From the NCBI GenBank assembly GCA_963704015.1, contig CAVPGI010000011.1, positions 106,613 through 170,612 on the forward strand: a stretch of DNA of 64,000 bases, in the 5' to 3' direction. Shown here in pieces: positions 52,266 to 63,435 of the stretch; position 1 is the first letter of the stretch; each line of letters starts with the position of its first letter. A model generated the notes under the pieces. That model was not told the DNA's origin. It did no database searches and saw nothing but the letters and a program-made list of their open reading frames with translations. This stretch comes from an uncultured Gemmatimonadales bacterium. Its GTDB lineage: Bacteria > Gemmatimonadota > Gemmatimonadetes > Gemmatimonadales > GWC2-71-9. A program made the position numbers and the translations under genes.

Positions 52266-52394
52266 GTGCCTAGCCTGACGGGGCCTCCGAGTAGCCGTTA
52301 AGACCCGATTGTCGTTTTCGCAGGGCCGAGCCCTTCCAGGCTGCCAGGACGTACACCTCGGCTGTCAGTTTGACCAAAATGGCGGTCTTTCTCC

Positions 52395-52410
52395 TGGCAC
52401 GGCGGCTGCC
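52395..52410 (+). promoter_or_regulatory. sigma54 promoter of hsp20
   Basis: TGGCACGGCGGCTGC, GG-N10-GC. Confidence 0.65.
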
Positions 52411-52488
52411 CATACACCGGCCGAGGCCGCTGGGGCGCTGCGCTCCGGTAGTGGCCAATCCCAGAGCATGAGCAAAGGAGAACGCTGT

Positions 52489-52947
52489 ATGACTACGACC
52501 GTGACTCGGCGCCTGTATGAGGTGCCGGATTTCTTTGGATTCCGGGGGTTGAACCGGCTGTTGGACGAAGGGTTCGCCAACTGGACCGGGGGTCTGCCCC
52601 AGAACGGAACCGTGCCCTCCTGGACCCCGGCGACCGACGTCTCCGAGGACAAGGAGTCGGTGAAGATTCAGATCGAGCTCCCCGGCGTGAAGGCTGAGGA
52701 CATCAAGCTGTCGCTGGAGAATCAGACGCTCACGATTCGTGGAGAGAAGAAGCAGGTGGCCGAAGAGAAGAGTGATCGGCTGCATCGGTACGAGCGCACG
52801 TTCGGAAGCTTCGAGCGGGTCTTTGCGCTTCCCAACTCCGTCGACGCCGAAAAGGTGCGGGCGGCCTACGAGGCCGGCGTCCTGACCGTGACCCTTCCCA
52901 AGGCCGAGCGCGCGCGGCAGCGGGAGATTCCGGTGTCGGTGAAGTAA
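52489..52947 (+). CDS. Hsp20/alpha-crystallin small heat shock protein
   Basis: ELPGV, LTIRGEK, ERTFGSFER, GVLTVTLPK, terminal IPV; SD AAGGAG. Confidence 0.95.
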   Translation: MTTTVTRRLYEVPDFFGFRGLNRLLDEGFANWTGGLPQNGTVPSWTPATDVSEDKESVKIQIELPGVKAEDIKLSLENQTLTIRGEKKQVAEEKSDRLHRYERTFGSFERVFALPNSVDAEKVRAAYEAGVLTVTLPKAERARQREIPVSVK

Positions 52948-52965
52948 ATAGATGCGGTGCGGTGT

Positions 52966-53000
52966 AACGGGGGGAGCCTAAGCTCCCCCCGTTTTCTTTT
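52966..53000 (+). terminator. intrinsic terminator after hsp20
   Basis: AACGGGGGGAGC-ctaa-GCTCCCCCCGTT then TTCTTTT. Confidence 0.85.
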
Positions 53001-53010
53001 CGGGACCCTC

Positions 53011-54600
53011 CTACCGGTCCCTGAGGATCTCCCGGGCGGCATTGTAGCCGCAGGCGCCCATCACACCGCCGCCAGGATGGGTGGCGGCACCGCAGAGATA
53101 GAGTCCTTTGACCGGCGTACGGTAGTCGGCGTACCCGGCCAGGGGCCGCATGAAGGCCAGACTCGAGAGCGACATGGTTCCCTGCATGATGTTGCCACCA
53201 GTCAAACCGAATCGGGTCTCGAGATCGGCTGGCGCCAGCACCTGATAGTCGATGACCGCCTTTCGGAAATTCGGCGCGTAATCCGTCATGATGTCGATGC
53301 AGCGCTCGGCATAACGCCGGCGGTTCTCCTCCAGCGTTCCTGCATCGGGTGCCAGCTTGTAGGGGAAGTATTGGGTGAACATCGACATGACGTGCTTGCC
53401 CTTGGGAGCCACCGTGTCGTCCAGTGAAGAAGGGATGGTGGCCTCGATGATCGGATTAGCCGAGATATGTCCGTATTTCGCGCGATCGAAGGCCTTTTCG
53501 ATGTAGACGCGGTCGGGACAGAGGTGAATCGTCCCGCGGTGCTGCGGCCCCGGAGTGGTTCCGGGCAGGCAGGTGAAATTCGGGACCTCGCTCAACGCCA
53601 GATTGATCTTGCAGCTTCCACTGGCGTAGTCCAGATGTCGGACCCCATCCACGAACTCCCCCGGCAGCTCCTTGGTGTCCATCAGCTTGAGAAATGTGAC
53701 GTTGGCGTCCACGCCCGAAGCGACCTTGCGAGCCAGCAGCTCGGTCCCATCCGCCAATACGACGCCGGTGGTTCGGCCCTCGCGGACCAAGATCCGGCTG
53801 ACTGTGGCGTTGGTCCGGATCTCGGCCCCCCGCTCCCTGGCGGCGGCCGCGATCGCGTTGCTCAACCCGCCCATGCCGCCGCGGACGTATCCCCAGACCC
53901 CCCGCACCCCGTCGCATTCGCCCATCACATGGTGAAACAGGACGTAAGCGGTGCCGGGCATCGAAGGCGTGGCGAAAGCGCCGATGATGGCGTCGGTAGC
54001 GAGCGTCGCCTTGAGCTCTTCAGACTCGAACCACCGATCCAGGATCGGATTGGCGGCACCGGTGAGGACCTCGATGGCCCGCACGCCGTCGGTTCCCAGG
54101 CGGCGGAAGCCCAGTCCCATCCTCGCCAGCTCGAGCAGGTTCCGCGGCGCCAGCGACCAGGGATTGGCCGGGGTGCGGACCAGCGTGGGCTCGATCCACT
54201 CCGCCACCCTTTCCAGCATCGCCTCGTAGTTGGGAAGGTTCTCGGCGTCCTTTCTGGAGAATTTCGAGATTTCCCGATGGGTCATCTCCTTGTCCGGCCC
54301 CATGAGCAGGTACCGGCCGTCGGGGAAGGGTGTGAAGGACGATGGACTTCGGGGGAGCATCTCGAAGCCGTGCCGCTTCAGTTCCAGGTCCCGGATGATC
54401 TCTGGCCGGAACAGGCTGTTGACGTAGCTGGCGGTGGACACCTTGAAGCCGGGCCACAACTCCTCGGTCACCGCGCAGCCACCCACCATCTCTCGGCGCT
54501 CGAGCACCAGCACCTTGAGACCGGCCCGCGCCGTATACGCGGCCGTGACCAAGCCGTTGTGTCCACCGCCGATGATGATGAGGTCGTAGGTCGCGGGCAC
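53011..54600 (-). CDS. phytoene dehydrogenase-like NAD(P)/FAD oxidoreductase (PYROXD2-like)
   Basis: IIGGGHNGL, GGMG, LYLCGAATHPGGGVMG. Confidence 0.9.
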   Translation of the reverse strand: MPATYDLIIIGGGHNGLVTAAYTARAGLKVLVLERREMVGGCAVTEELWPGFKVSTASYVNSLFRPEIIRDLELKRHGFEMLPRSPSSFTPFPDGRYLLMGPDKEMTHREISKFSRKDAENLPNYEAMLERVAEWIEPTLVRTPANPWSLAPRNLLELARMGLGFRRLGTDGVRAIEVLTGAANPILDRWFESEELKATLATDAIIGAFATPSMPGTAYVLFHHVMGECDGVRGVWGYVRGGMGGLSNAIAAAARERGAEIRTNATVSRILVREGRTTGVVLADGTELLARKVASGVDANVTFLKLMDTKELPGEFVDGVRHLDYASGSCKINLALSEVPNFTCLPGTTPGPQHRGTIHLCPDRVYIEKAFDRAKYGHISANPIIEATIPSSLDDTVAPKGKHVMSMFTQYFPYKLAPDAGTLEENRRRYAERCIDIMTDYAPNFRKAVIDYQVLAPADLETRFGLTGGNIMQGTMSLSSLAFMRPLAGYADYRTPVKGLYLCGAATHPGGGVMGACGYNAAREILRDR

Positions 54601-54701
54601 GGATGCCTCGGCTGATTTGGGAAGCAACGTGGGCCCCGTTTCCGGGAGGCACAAAGATAATCCGCGGGCGCCTCGCGGGAGACGACCGGGGACGTGTCGG
54701 C

Positions 54702-55553
54702 TTAGCGGGGCGCTCCGCCGAAGCCCCTGGACCAGCTCACCATGATGCCGAACCAGGCCTTGGTATCGTCGCTATTGAAGCCGGATGGGCTGCCGGGTTC
54801 GCCCTTGGTCCACTTGGTGAAGGGGTCCTCGTTCACCTGGAAGTTCGCGCTGGGAACGATCCGGAAGGCGCGGAGCGTAATCGGTATCGCTATGGAAAAG
54901 CGAGCGGCGGTAAACCCGCTCTCCTTGAACCAGAAATTCTCGGTGGGTTTCTGCGCGTTCTTTTCCTGGCCGGCGGAGAACCCCGCGGTGGCGTCCAGCT
55001 GGATTCCCGCGATGGGTCCCAGGGGAAAGTGTTGACCCAGGCTTGCCTCGTAGAACAAGCCGTTGACCTTGTCGATGTCGTACCAGAGCTTGACTTGGGG
55101 ATGGAGGGGAATCCTGAGCTCCGCGCGCCCGTTGACCTCGAAGGTGTTGGAGAGCTTCGGCTGGCCGCCCCAGGTGACGCCGTCGGGATAGTACAACCCG
55201 TTGACACCACCGACCACGCGGAGGATCCCCACGTCCGCGCCGAGGTTGGCGAAGTAATCCAGCTCCGTCACGCTGAAGCTGCCTTGCCCGCCGTTCATGC
55301 TGATGTCGGTCGGGCCGTTGTACTGACCCAGTTCGATGTTGGGAGAGACCCCCACCGAAAATCCCGCCGGACCCAGCGGGGCGTTGAAGTAGAGCGCCGG
55401 CTGGAAGACCGGGTTGTTGGTCAGCGTCAAACCCCGCCAGACGTACTGGCTGTTGAAGGCCAGATCCATACCGATCGATGCCTGGGCCGTCGCCTTGGGG
55501 GCGAGCGCCGCACTGATGATGACGGCGCCCAGGATGCTGCGTCTCAGCCTCAT
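54702..55553 (-). CDS. outer membrane beta-barrel (TorF/TIGR02001-like putative porin)
   Basis: Signal peptide ending ATAQ, SQYVWRG, ELDY; SD GGGGAG; longer ORF-track version is shadow of the next gene. Confidence 0.72.
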   Translation of the reverse strand: MRLRRSILGAVIISAALAPKATAQASIGMDLAFNSQYVWRGLTLTNNPVFQPALYFNAPLGPAGFSVGVSPNIELGQYNGPTDISMNGGQGSFSVTELDYFANLGADVGILRVVGGVNGLYYPDGVTWGGQPKLSNTFEVNGRAELRIPLHPQVKLWYDIDKVNGLFYEASLGQHFPLGPIAGIQLDATAGFSAGQEKNAQKPTENFWFKESGFTAARFSIAIPITLRAFRIVPSANFQVNEDPFTKWTKGEPGSPSGFNSDDTKAWFGIMVSWSRGFGGAPR

Positions 55554-55694
55554 GGTGTCTCTCCCCGACTCGAGTGGCGGCGTATGGCCGGAATGTAGCC
55601 TACCCAGCGCGCATTCTGGACCCTCACCGCCCCGTTTTCGAGGCCCCCGTTGTTGCACCCTAGGCGGCGGCGAGGCAATTTCCACGGTGCCGCC

Positions 55695-57086
55695 ATGACT
55701 GACGACGCGTCGCCCCGCTCCGGATACGATTCCCCCTTCGCCGAAAGCCTCGATCGGCTGGTGACGCTGCTGCGCACCGGCACCGAGAGCGGCCCCAAGG
55801 TGGAGGAGGCGCTCAAGGCCGCCATCGCCAAGCTGGCCAAGGGACCCGCCCTGCTCGAAGCGGGGGTCGAGAGTTCCGCGGCGATGGAGGACGTCTCGCT
55901 CAAGGGCCGGCTGCTGGCCCGGCAGATCGACACGCTCCGAGTGGAGTCCGGAGTGGCGCCGGAGGAGCTTCTGGCGCTGGCCCGCGCGCTGGTCACGGAC
56001 AACCTCCCCCTGGAGAGCAGCGCGCACGTGAAGGTCGAGTTGATCCCGATGGCGCCGCCACCCCCGCCCAGCTACGGCGCGCCCTCCGTCTCCCGCTCCC
56101 AGACCTCGGCGATTGAGATCCCGGCCGGTCCCAGGCGGGAAGGCACCATCGACAACCTCGCCGAGTGGATCGCGTCGCTCACGCGAGGACTCACCGACGG
56201 GCTGCAGCGGCATGCCATCCGGGAAGCACTGCATGCCGCTCAAGGGCTGATCCGGGTTCTCCCGGCCGTTCCGGAGCATTCCCGACGAGGGGTGGCGATC
56301 TCGGTGCGGCGGTATCTCTCCCGGCCGATCCTGGAGACCTTCCTGCAGTTCGCCTTGCGGACCCCGGAGGAGCAGGCTCGCGCCACCGAGGTGCTGAAGT
56401 GGTGCGGACTCGACGGGGCCGAGGTGATGCTCGAAGTCGTGCGCCAGTCGGAGGCGGTCGGCCCCCGGGGTTTCCTCCTGGAGAGCCTGGGAGAGATGCC
56501 CGAGGCGATCCCCCTGATCCTGCCGCTGCTCCAGAGCACCAAGTGGCACGAGATCCGTCACGCCGCGGAGTTGGCGGGCCGGCTTCGAGCCACTGAGGCG
56601 ATCGAGCCGCTCAAGGTCCTGGTCGCGCACCCCGACGAGCGGGTGCGCACGGTGGCGATCGAGGCCCTCGGCCGCTTCTCCGACAAGAGCGTGGTGGAGC
56701 CCTTGCGGCAGTCCCTGGCCCACCGTTCCCCGCAGACCCGCGCCGTTGCGGGTCGCGCGCTGGCGAGCCGGGGGAGCAGTGCCCTGGCGATGCCCCTCCT
56801 TGCCGCCATCGAGGCGGAAAAGGACGCCTCGGTCTTCCGCGAGCTGTTGGGGGCGCTCAGTGGCATAGAGGGGCCCGAGGCCGTGAATGGGCTGGTCCGG
56901 CTGGCCACCGAGCGCAAGCCTCTGCTAGGCCGGGGAGGGCACCCGTTGGGGCAACGACTGGAGGTAGTCACCGCCTTGGCGCAGGCGGGGACACCTTCGG
57001 CGCGGCAGGCGCTGGCCCGCATCGCCGCGGAGGCCGACGCCCCGCTCCGGGATGCCGCGCGCAAGGCGCTGGGCACGACGGGGTAA
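55695..57086 (+). CDS. HEAT-repeat protein
   Basis: WHEIRHAAELAG, HPDERVRTVAIEALG repeats. Confidence 0.82.
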   Translation: MTDDASPRSGYDSPFAESLDRLVTLLRTGTESGPKVEEALKAAIAKLAKGPALLEAGVESSAAMEDVSLKGRLLARQIDTLRVESGVAPEELLALARALVTDNLPLESSAHVKVELIPMAPPPPPSYGAPSVSRSQTSAIEIPAGPRREGTIDNLAEWIASLTRGLTDGLQRHAIREALHAAQGLIRVLPAVPEHSRRGVAISVRRYLSRPILETFLQFALRTPEEQARATEVLKWCGLDGAEVMLEVVRQSEAVGPRGFLLESLGEMPEAIPLILPLLQSTKWHEIRHAAELAGRLRATEAIEPLKVLVAHPDERVRTVAIEALGRFSDKSVVEPLRQSLAHRSPQTRAVAGRALASRGSSALAMPLLAAIEAEKDASVFRELLGALSGIEGPEAVNGLVRLATERKPLLGRGGHPLGQRLEVVTALAQAGTPSARQALARIAAEADAPLRDAARKALGTTG

Positions 57087-57187
57087 GGGCAGGGGAGGTC
57101 GGGAACCGAGGCGTCGCGAGTTGCGGCTCCTCGCGGCGTTGGGTAACCTACGGTAGTCAGTACACCCCTCCAGCCGAGGTCGAGACG

Positions 57188-57373
57188 ATGGAGCTGGTTG
57201 GCCGCATCTTCGCCACCATCGGGGCCGGCGCCGTGCTCTTCGGGCTGACCTTCGTAACGCTATTGATCGGGGTCCTGATCCACGGGATGATCGTCCTGAT
57301 GGCGGGCAAGCAGATCGACGGCATGCTTCGCAAGCGGGGTCACCGGGTCTTCGAGCCCGGCAGTCTGACCTAG
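57188..57373 (+). CDS. small membrane protein
   Basis: 61 aa, long hydrophobic segment, SD GAGGT. Confidence 0.55.
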   Translation: MELVGRIFATIGAGAVLFGLTFVTLLIGVLIHGMIVLMAGKQIDGMLRKRGHRVFEPGSLT

Positions 57374-57741
57374 CGTCCGGGGCTCCCCTCCTCGGCACCC
57401 GGCAGGACCTCGGGGGTGGTGGCGCTTCTCATGGACATGTCGTAGCCGCTCTTGAGGCTGACCAGCAGCTCTCGCAGTCCCTGCACCTTCATCTGTAGCC
57501 CTCCCCCCCGCCGGGCCATGGTGGACATCAGGCCCGCCGTATCCGCGAGCGTGTTGATGCTCAGCTGGTTCGCGTTGGCCTTGATCTCGTCGAGCATCCG
57601 GCAGAAGCCCTTGAGGGCGAGATCGTCCACCCGGAGACTGCTCATTTCTTCGATGACGGTCTTGATGCGATGGAACTTGGGTGGCAGGGTCTCCAAGTAG
57701 GCTAGCTGAGCCTGCTGCTTGGAGGAGAGCTTGGCGCCCAT
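57370..57741 (-). CDS. HPt-like helical protein lacking the phosphoacceptor His
   Basis: CRMLDEIKANANQLSINTLADTA resembles RxxHxLKGxAxxLGxxxL. Confidence 0.55.
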   Translation of the reverse strand: MGAKLSSKQQAQLAYLETLPPKFHRIKTVIEEMSSLRVDDLALKGFCRMLDEIKANANQLSINTLADTAGLMSTMARRGGGLQMKVQGLRELLVSLKSGYDMSMRSATTPEVLPGAEEGSPGR

Positions 57742-57948
57742 GATCAAGTAGTATAAGGATCTGGGCCCCCTCTGGCGACCTTCCGGGCCACCCCGGGCGG
57801 CCCCTCCGGACCCTTCCTTCCCACTCCCGGAATACTTACGTTCCCCTCCCTGTCCCGAGGCTGAAACCGGGGCGGCAAATCCTCGTCAGGTGGGTCTGCT
57901 CTCTCCGGCTTCCCAACCCATCGATGCCATCGCCCGCTAGGTGATGCC

Positions 57949-60900
57949 ATGACGCTTTCGGACATTTCGATCCGGCGACCGGTTCTCGCCAGCATGTTGA
58001 GCGCCGCCCTGGTGCTCTTCGGCGCGATCGGTTACTCGCAGCTCTCGGTTCGGGAATTCCCGGACGTCGACCCGCCGGTCATCTCGGTCTCGACGACCCT
58101 ACCCGGGGCCAATCCCCAGGTGGTCGAATCCGCCGTGACCGACATTCTCGAGGAGGAGCTGAGCACGGTGCCCGGTCTCCGCACCCTGACCAGCTCCAGC
58201 GCCGAGGAATCCAGCAACATCACTCTGGAATTCACCCTCGACCGTAAGGTGGAGGACGCCGCGCAGGACGTGCGGGACAAAGTGTCCCGAGTCCGGGGAT
58301 TGCTCCCCGAGGATGTGCTCGAACCCGTGGTCGCGAAGCAGGAAGCGGACGCGTCGCCCTTCTACTGGTTGGCGCTCTCCGGGACCAACTACGATATGCT
58401 GCAGCTGTCGGACATCGCGGATCGCAATGTCAAGACGCGGTTGCAGAGCCTGCCCGGTGTGGGCAGCGTCTTCATCGCCGGCGAGCGGCGCTATTCGATG
58501 CGGGTCTGGCTCTCGTCGGCCGAGCTTTCGTCACGGGGCCTGACGGTCCAGGACGTCGAGGCCGCGATCCAGAGCCGGAACGTCGAGATCCCGGCCGGGC
58601 GGATCGAGTCCGACCGGCGGGAGTTCTCGGTCCGCTCCATGGGCGAGCTCAAGACACCGGAAGAATTCGGCGAGCTGGTCGTTTCCAGCGGCCAGGGCCA
58701 ACTGGTCAAGCTACGGGACCTCGGCCGGGTCGAGCTGGGGCCTCAGGACGAGCGCAGCGCCTTGCGCTACAAGGGCGTGCCGGCCATCGGCATCGGCGTG
58801 GTCCGCCAATCCAAGTCCAACATGCTGACCGTGGCCGAGGAGATCGCCAAGCAGCTTCCGGCGATTCAGGCCTCGCTGCCGCCCGGATTGCAGATCGAGC
58901 CGGCGTTCGATCGCTCCATCTTCGTGAAGCGCTCGATCGAGGAGGCGCAGCAGACGCTGATCCTGGCAGGCTTCCTGGTCATCGTCATCATTTTCATCTT
59001 CCTCCGGAACTTCCGGGCCACGTTGATCCCGGGCCTGGCCATTCCGACGTCGATCGTGTCGACGTTCGCGATCATGTACGCCCTCGGGTTCTCGATCAAC
59101 AACCTGACGCTGCTGGCGCTCACGCTGGCCATCGGCATCGTGGTCGACGACGCGATCATCGTGCTGGAGAATGCCTTCCGGCATCAGGAGGAGTTGCACG
59201 AGGACCCCAACACCGCCGCGACCAACGGCACCCGCGAGATCGGTTTCGCCGTGATCGCGACGACCATCTCCCTGGTGGCGGTGTTCACGCCGCTCGCTTT
59301 CCTCAAGGGCAACACCGGACGCCTGTTCAACGAGTTCGGCATCGCGGTCGCCGGCTCGGTGGTGATTTCCGGTTTCGTGGCGCTTACCCTGACGCCCATG
59401 CTCTGCGCCAAGATCCTCCGGGTCCCGCCGCGCCACGGCGTACTCTACCAGTTGCTGGAGCGCGGGTTCAATGGCCTCGCCAACACGTATTCGAGAGGGC
59501 TCCGTTGGGCGGTGCACCACCGAGCAGCCGTGCTGGTGCTCACGGCCGTGGCGACCGGCGCCGCCGTGTTCTTCTTCAAGAATCTCAAGCGCGAGTTCGT
59601 ACCGCCCGAGGACCGCGGGTTCTTCATCACGGTGATCATCGCGCCCGAAGGCGCGACCCTGGCCTATACCGACGAGTATCAGCGCCGGGTGGAGGCGATT
59701 GTCGCCAAGACCAAGGACGTGCAGAGCTACTTCAGCGTGACCGGCGGGTTCCTGGGGAGTCCCAGCCGCGGCATCATCTTCACCAGGCTCAGGGACTGGA
59801 GCGAGCGGAAGCGCACGGTGCAGAACATCATTTCCGAGGTCCAGCCCCAGTTCTTCGGAATTCCCGGTACGCTGGTTTTCGCCATCAATCCGCCCGCCTT
59901 CGGCGGCTTCGGAAGCCCGGTGCAGTTCGTGATCCAGCACCCGGACTTCGCGACGCTCACGGTGGCGATGGACTCCCTCCTAGGCCGGGCCCGGCGCATC
60001 AAGGGGCTGGTGAACGTCGACACCGATCTGCGGGTCAACAAGCCGGAGCTGTCGGTCCATTTCGATCGCGATCGAGCCGAGGACCTCGGGGTCCCGGTAC
60101 GGGACGTGGCGGGCGCCCTGCAGACCCTCTTGGGCGGACGGCGGGTGAGCACGTTTACACGCAACAACAAGCTGTATGACGTCATTGTCCGGCTGTCGGC
60201 CGAGGAGCGGGCCACCCCCAACGACATGAAGGGGATCTATCTTCGCGGGAAGAACGGGGCGCTGGTGCAGCTCGATGCCCTGGCCACGGTGCAGGAAGGC
60301 GTCGGCCCCCGGCAGCTGAACCACTTCAACCGGGTCCGCTCCGCCACGCTCACGGCCAGCTTGCTGCCAGGGTTCGCTCTAGGCGAGGCCATCGACTCGC
60401 TGCGCGCGGCGGCCCATCAGGTGCTGCCGCCCGGGACCGGCATCGAGCTCGCCGGTGAGTCCCGCGAGCTGGAAGAGAGCGGGAGCGCGCTCTATTTCGC
60501 CTTTGCGTTGGCGCTGGTGGTGGTGTTCATGGTGCTGGCCTCCCAGTTCGAATCGCTGATCCACCCCTTCACCGTGCTCCTCGCGGTGCCGCTGGCGGTG
60601 ACCGGGGCCCTGGCCACCCTGTTCCTGTTCAAGTCCACCATCAATCTCTACAGCCAGATCGGCATGATCCTTCTGATCGGCCTGGTCACCAAGAACTCCA
60701 TCCTGCTGGTGGAATACACCAACCAGCTCAAGGAACGGGGACTGGATACCATCTCCGCCGTCCTGGAGGCCGGCCGGATCCGGCTCCGGCCCATCCTGAT
60801 GACCTCGGTGGCCACCATCATGGGGGCGATCCCGATCGCCATGGGGCTTGGGGCCGGGTCGATCAGCCGACGGCCGTTGGGCTATGCCATCGTGGGGGGC

Positions 60901-61038
60901 ATCATGTTCTCCACGGTGCTCACGCTCTTCGCGGTCCCCGTGGTCTACAGCCTGTTCGACCGGCTGCGGTCCCCCCGCCGGGCGGACGCCGCGCAGCCGG
61001 TCCCCGAGGCCCGGGCGGTCCCGGTGGGGGCGGAGTGA
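57949..61038 (+). CDS. RND efflux permease (AcrB/MdtB-like), intact
   Basis: [37 protein letters not shown]. Confidence 0.95.
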   Translation: MTLSDISIRRPVLASMLSAALVLFGAIGYSQLSVREFPDVDPPVISVSTTLPGANPQVVESAVTDILEEELSTVPGLRTLTSSSAEESSNITLEFTLDRKVEDAAQDVRDKVSRVRGLLPEDVLEPVVAKQEADASPFYWLALSGTNYDMLQLSDIADRNVKTRLQSLPGVGSVFIAGERRYSMRVWLSSAELSSRGLTVQDVEAAIQSRNVEIPAGRIESDRREFSVRSMGELKTPEEFGELVVSSGQGQLVKLRDLGRVELGPQDERSALRYKGVPAIGIGVVRQSKSNMLTVAEEIAKQLPAIQASLPPGLQIEPAFDRSIFVKRSIEEAQQTLILAGFLVIVIIFIFLRNFRATLIPGLAIPTSIVSTFAIMYALGFSINNLTLLALTLAIGIVVDDAIIVLENAFRHQEELHEDPNTAATNGTREIGFAVIATTISLVAVFTPLAFLKGNTGRLFNEFGIAVAGSVVISGFVALTLTPMLCAKILRVPPRHGVLYQLLERGFNGLANTYSRGLRWAVHHRAAVLVLTAVATGAAVFFFKNLKREFVPPEDRGFFITVIIAPEGATLAYTDEYQRRVEAIVAKTKDVQSYFSVTGGFLGSPSRGIIFTRLRDWSERKRTVQNIISEVQPQFFGIPGTLVFAINPPAFGGFGSPVQFVIQHPDFATLTVAMDSLLGRARRIKGLVNVDTDLRVNKPELSVHFDRDRAEDLGVPVRDVAGALQTLLGGRRVSTFTRNNKLYDVIVRLSAEERATPNDMKGIYLRGKNGALVQLDALATVQEGVGPRQLNHFNRVRSATLTASLLPGFALGEAIDSLRAAAHQVLPPGTGIELAGESRELEESGSALYFAFALALVVVFMVLASQFESLIHPFTVLLAVPLAVTGALATLFLFKSTINLYSQIGMILLIGLVTKNSILLVEYTNQLKERGLDTISAVLEAGRIRLRPILMTSVATIMGAIPIAMGLGAGSISRRPLGYAIVGGIMFSTVLTLFAVPVVYSLFDRLRSPRRADAAQPVPEARAVPVGAE

Positions 61039-62297
61039 TCCTCGCGCTCGTCGGGCTCCTGCAACTGAACGCCGCCGTTCCTACGCTGACCCTGAGCGAG
61101 GCGCTGGAGCGCGCCACCAAACTGGACCCCAATTACGTCGAGGCCTTGGGGCAGATCGACAATGCCGAATGGGGACGCCGGCAGGCCATCATCTCGTTCT
61201 TCATCCCGGCGCTCTCGGCGGGCCTCGACGCCACCAAGTACTCGACCGAGTTCTTCAACATCGGGACCGGCCAGCTCCAGTCCAACGCCGTGAACGGACG
61301 CCTGGACGCCCATTACGAGGTGTTCAGCCTTCGGAAATTCACCGATCTGACGCGCACCAAGGCGGAGCAGGCCAGCGCCACCGCCGGTGAGCTCGAGGCC
61401 CGATTCCAGGCGGCCTTCGATACCGAACGTAGCTTCTACGACGTTCTGGCCGGCCAGGAGCTGGTGCGGGTGGCCCACGATCGGGTGCAGCGGGCCGAAG
61501 AGCAGCTGGGTATCGCCCGGGCCAGAGTCATCTCGGGCGCCGCGGTGCAGACCGACTCGTTGCAGCTGCTGCTCGAGTTGACCCGGGCGCAAGTGGACGC
61601 GCTCCGCCAGGAGACCCAGTACAGCGTCTCCCGTCTTGAGCTGGGCCGGCGGGTCGGTGAGGCCGGCCCCGCCGACGCGGTGCCGCTGGACACCCTGGCC
61701 GAGCCCGATCTCCCCCTCACGCTGGAAGACGCCGTGCGCCAGGCCCTGGAGCAAGGGCCGCAGTATGAGGTGGCCCGGGCCAACGAGCGCGCCGCCAATG
61801 CGACCCTGTTGGGTCTCAAGGGCGGCTACCTGCCGACCATCAGCCTCACGGCGTCCCACCTTCGGTTCGACGATCATTTCTTTCCCAACGCCCGGGCCGT
61901 TTCCCTAATTACCTTGAGTTTCGGGCTCACGATCTGGAACAATGCCCAGCGAGAAATCGACATTTCCGTCGCTCGGGTCAACCGGGACTTCGCCCGCGCG
62001 GTCAAAGAGGACATGCTGCGGTCGGCCTATCCGGAGGTGACGCGGGCGTACGAGGCGTATACCGCGGCCCAGGCCGCCACCAAGCTCTCACAGACCGCGG
62101 TGGTCGTGGCGGCAGAGAACTTCCGGGTCCAGCAGACCCGGTATCGTGTCGGCGCCACCACGATTCTGGACCTGGTCGATGCGCAGTTCAGTTTGAGCGA
62201 GGCCCAGGCCGGTCTGGTCCAGGCGCGCTACACCAACCGGCTCGCGCGGGCGGGGCTCGAGGCGATCCTCGGCACCCGCCTGTTTCCCACGCCTTGA
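61035..62297 (+). CDS. TolC family outer membrane protein
   Basis: LTLSEAL, RYRVGATTILDLVDAQ; GTGA overlap. Confidence 0.88.
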   Translation: MILALVGLLQLNAAVPTLTLSEALERATKLDPNYVEALGQIDNAEWGRRQAIISFFIPALSAGLDATKYSTEFFNIGTGQLQSNAVNGRLDAHYEVFSLRKFTDLTRTKAEQASATAGELEARFQAAFDTERSFYDVLAGQELVRVAHDRVQRAEEQLGIARARVISGAAVQTDSLQLLLELTRAQVDALRQETQYSVSRLELGRRVGEAGPADAVPLDTLAEPDLPLTLEDAVRQALEQGPQYEVARANERAANATLLGLKGGYLPTISLTASHLRFDDHFFPNARAVSLITLSFGLTIWNNAQREIDISVARVNRDFARAVKEDMLRSAYPEVTRAYEAYTAAQAATKLSQTAVVVAAENFRVQQTRYRVGATTILDLVDAQFSLSEAQAGLVQARYTNRLARAGLEAILGTRLFPTP

Positions 62298-63409
62298 GGT
62301 ACTCGGTGAGAAACGTTCTCCTGACAGGCGTCATGGTGTTGGCACTCGCCGGCTGCTCCAAGAGCGCGGCGAAGAAGACGGCTGGTCCTGCCGCAGGGGC
62401 AGGGGCCCCGGCGGGCCCGCCCGCGATGATGGTGGAAGTGGCGGTGGCCCGGGAAGACACGGTGGTGGACGCCATCGCCGCGACCGGTCAGATCGAAGCG
62501 TTCCAATCGCTCGACTTGCGCCCCGACATCGAGGGCCGGTTGGTCGAGATCTACGCCAAAGAGGGAACCGAGGTGGAAGATGGGACGCCCCTGTTCAAGG
62601 TCGACGACGCCGAGCTCAAGGCGGAGGTCGCCCGTGCGGAAGCCGATCGCGATCTCGCCGCCCAGGCCCTGACCCGGACCAGGGACCTCATGTCCCAGAA
62701 CGCCTCTTCGACGGCCGACCTCGAACGGGCCCAGGCCACGGCTAAGGGGACTCAGGCCCAGTTGGATCTGCTTCAGGTGCGGCTCTCCCATACCGTCGTT
62801 CGGGCCCCGTTCACGGGCGTGGTGGGCCAGCGGCTGGTCAGTCTGGGCGATTATCTGACCACCAGCACTCGACTGGCGACCATGCAGACCGTCAATCCGC
62901 AGCGGGCCGTGTTCCCGGTCCCGGAGCGCTACGCGCAGCGGCTCAAGCGGGGGCAGAAAGTGGCCTTCCGGGTGGCGGCGATCCCCGGCGAGGAATTCAC
63001 CGGCGTGGTCGACTTCATCGATCCGGTGGTTCAGCTGCCGGCCCGGACCATTCTCGTGAAAGCGCTGGTGCCCAACGGCCGCCGCCTGCTTCAGCAGGGC
63101 ATGTTCATCGAGGTTCGGCTGGCGACTGAGACCCGGCCCAAGGCCGTGGTGGTGCCGGAGGACGCGATCCTGCCGCTCCAGGGTGCGACCTACGTCTGGC
63201 TGGTACGGGACGCCAAGGCGACCCGCCGCCAAGTCGGGCTGGGAGTGAGAACGCCCGGCTTCGTGGAGGCAAAGAGCGGGGTCGACGCTGGAGACCAGGT
63301 GGTCGTGGGCGGCATCGAGCTCCTCTCGGAGGGCGCGCCGGTGAACGCCAAAGTCGTCGAACGCCGCGCCGGCCCCCCACCGGGTGCCGAGGCGGCACAG
63401 CAGCCCTGA
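62294..63409 (+). CDS. RND periplasmic adaptor (MFP), lipoprotein; start may be GTG 62306
   Basis: Lipobox LAGC, VRAPFTGVVG, GMF, VPEDAI. Confidence 0.92.
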   Translation: MRYSVRNVLLTGVMVLALAGCSKSAAKKTAGPAAGAGAPAGPPAMMVEVAVAREDTVVDAIAATGQIEAFQSLDLRPDIEGRLVEIYAKEGTEVEDGTPLFKVDDAELKAEVARAEADRDLAAQALTRTRDLMSQNASSTADLERAQATAKGTQAQLDLLQVRLSHTVVRAPFTGVVGQRLVSLGDYLTTSTRLATMQTVNPQRAVFPVPERYAQRLKRGQKVAFRVAAIPGEEFTGVVDFIDPVVQLPARTILVKALVPNGRRLLQQGMFIEVRLATETRPKAVVVPEDAILPLQGATYVWLVRDAKATRRQVGLGVRTPGFVEAKSGVDAGDQVVVGGIELLSEGAPVNAKVVERRAGPPPGAEAAQQP

Positions 63410-63435
63410 CCTCGCCGGTATCGGCTCTGTCCTCC

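Noticed and set aside
55554-56723. 673-aa extended version of the porin ORF
   Set aside because: Extension is antisense to the HEAT gene; signal peptide and SD mark ATG 55553
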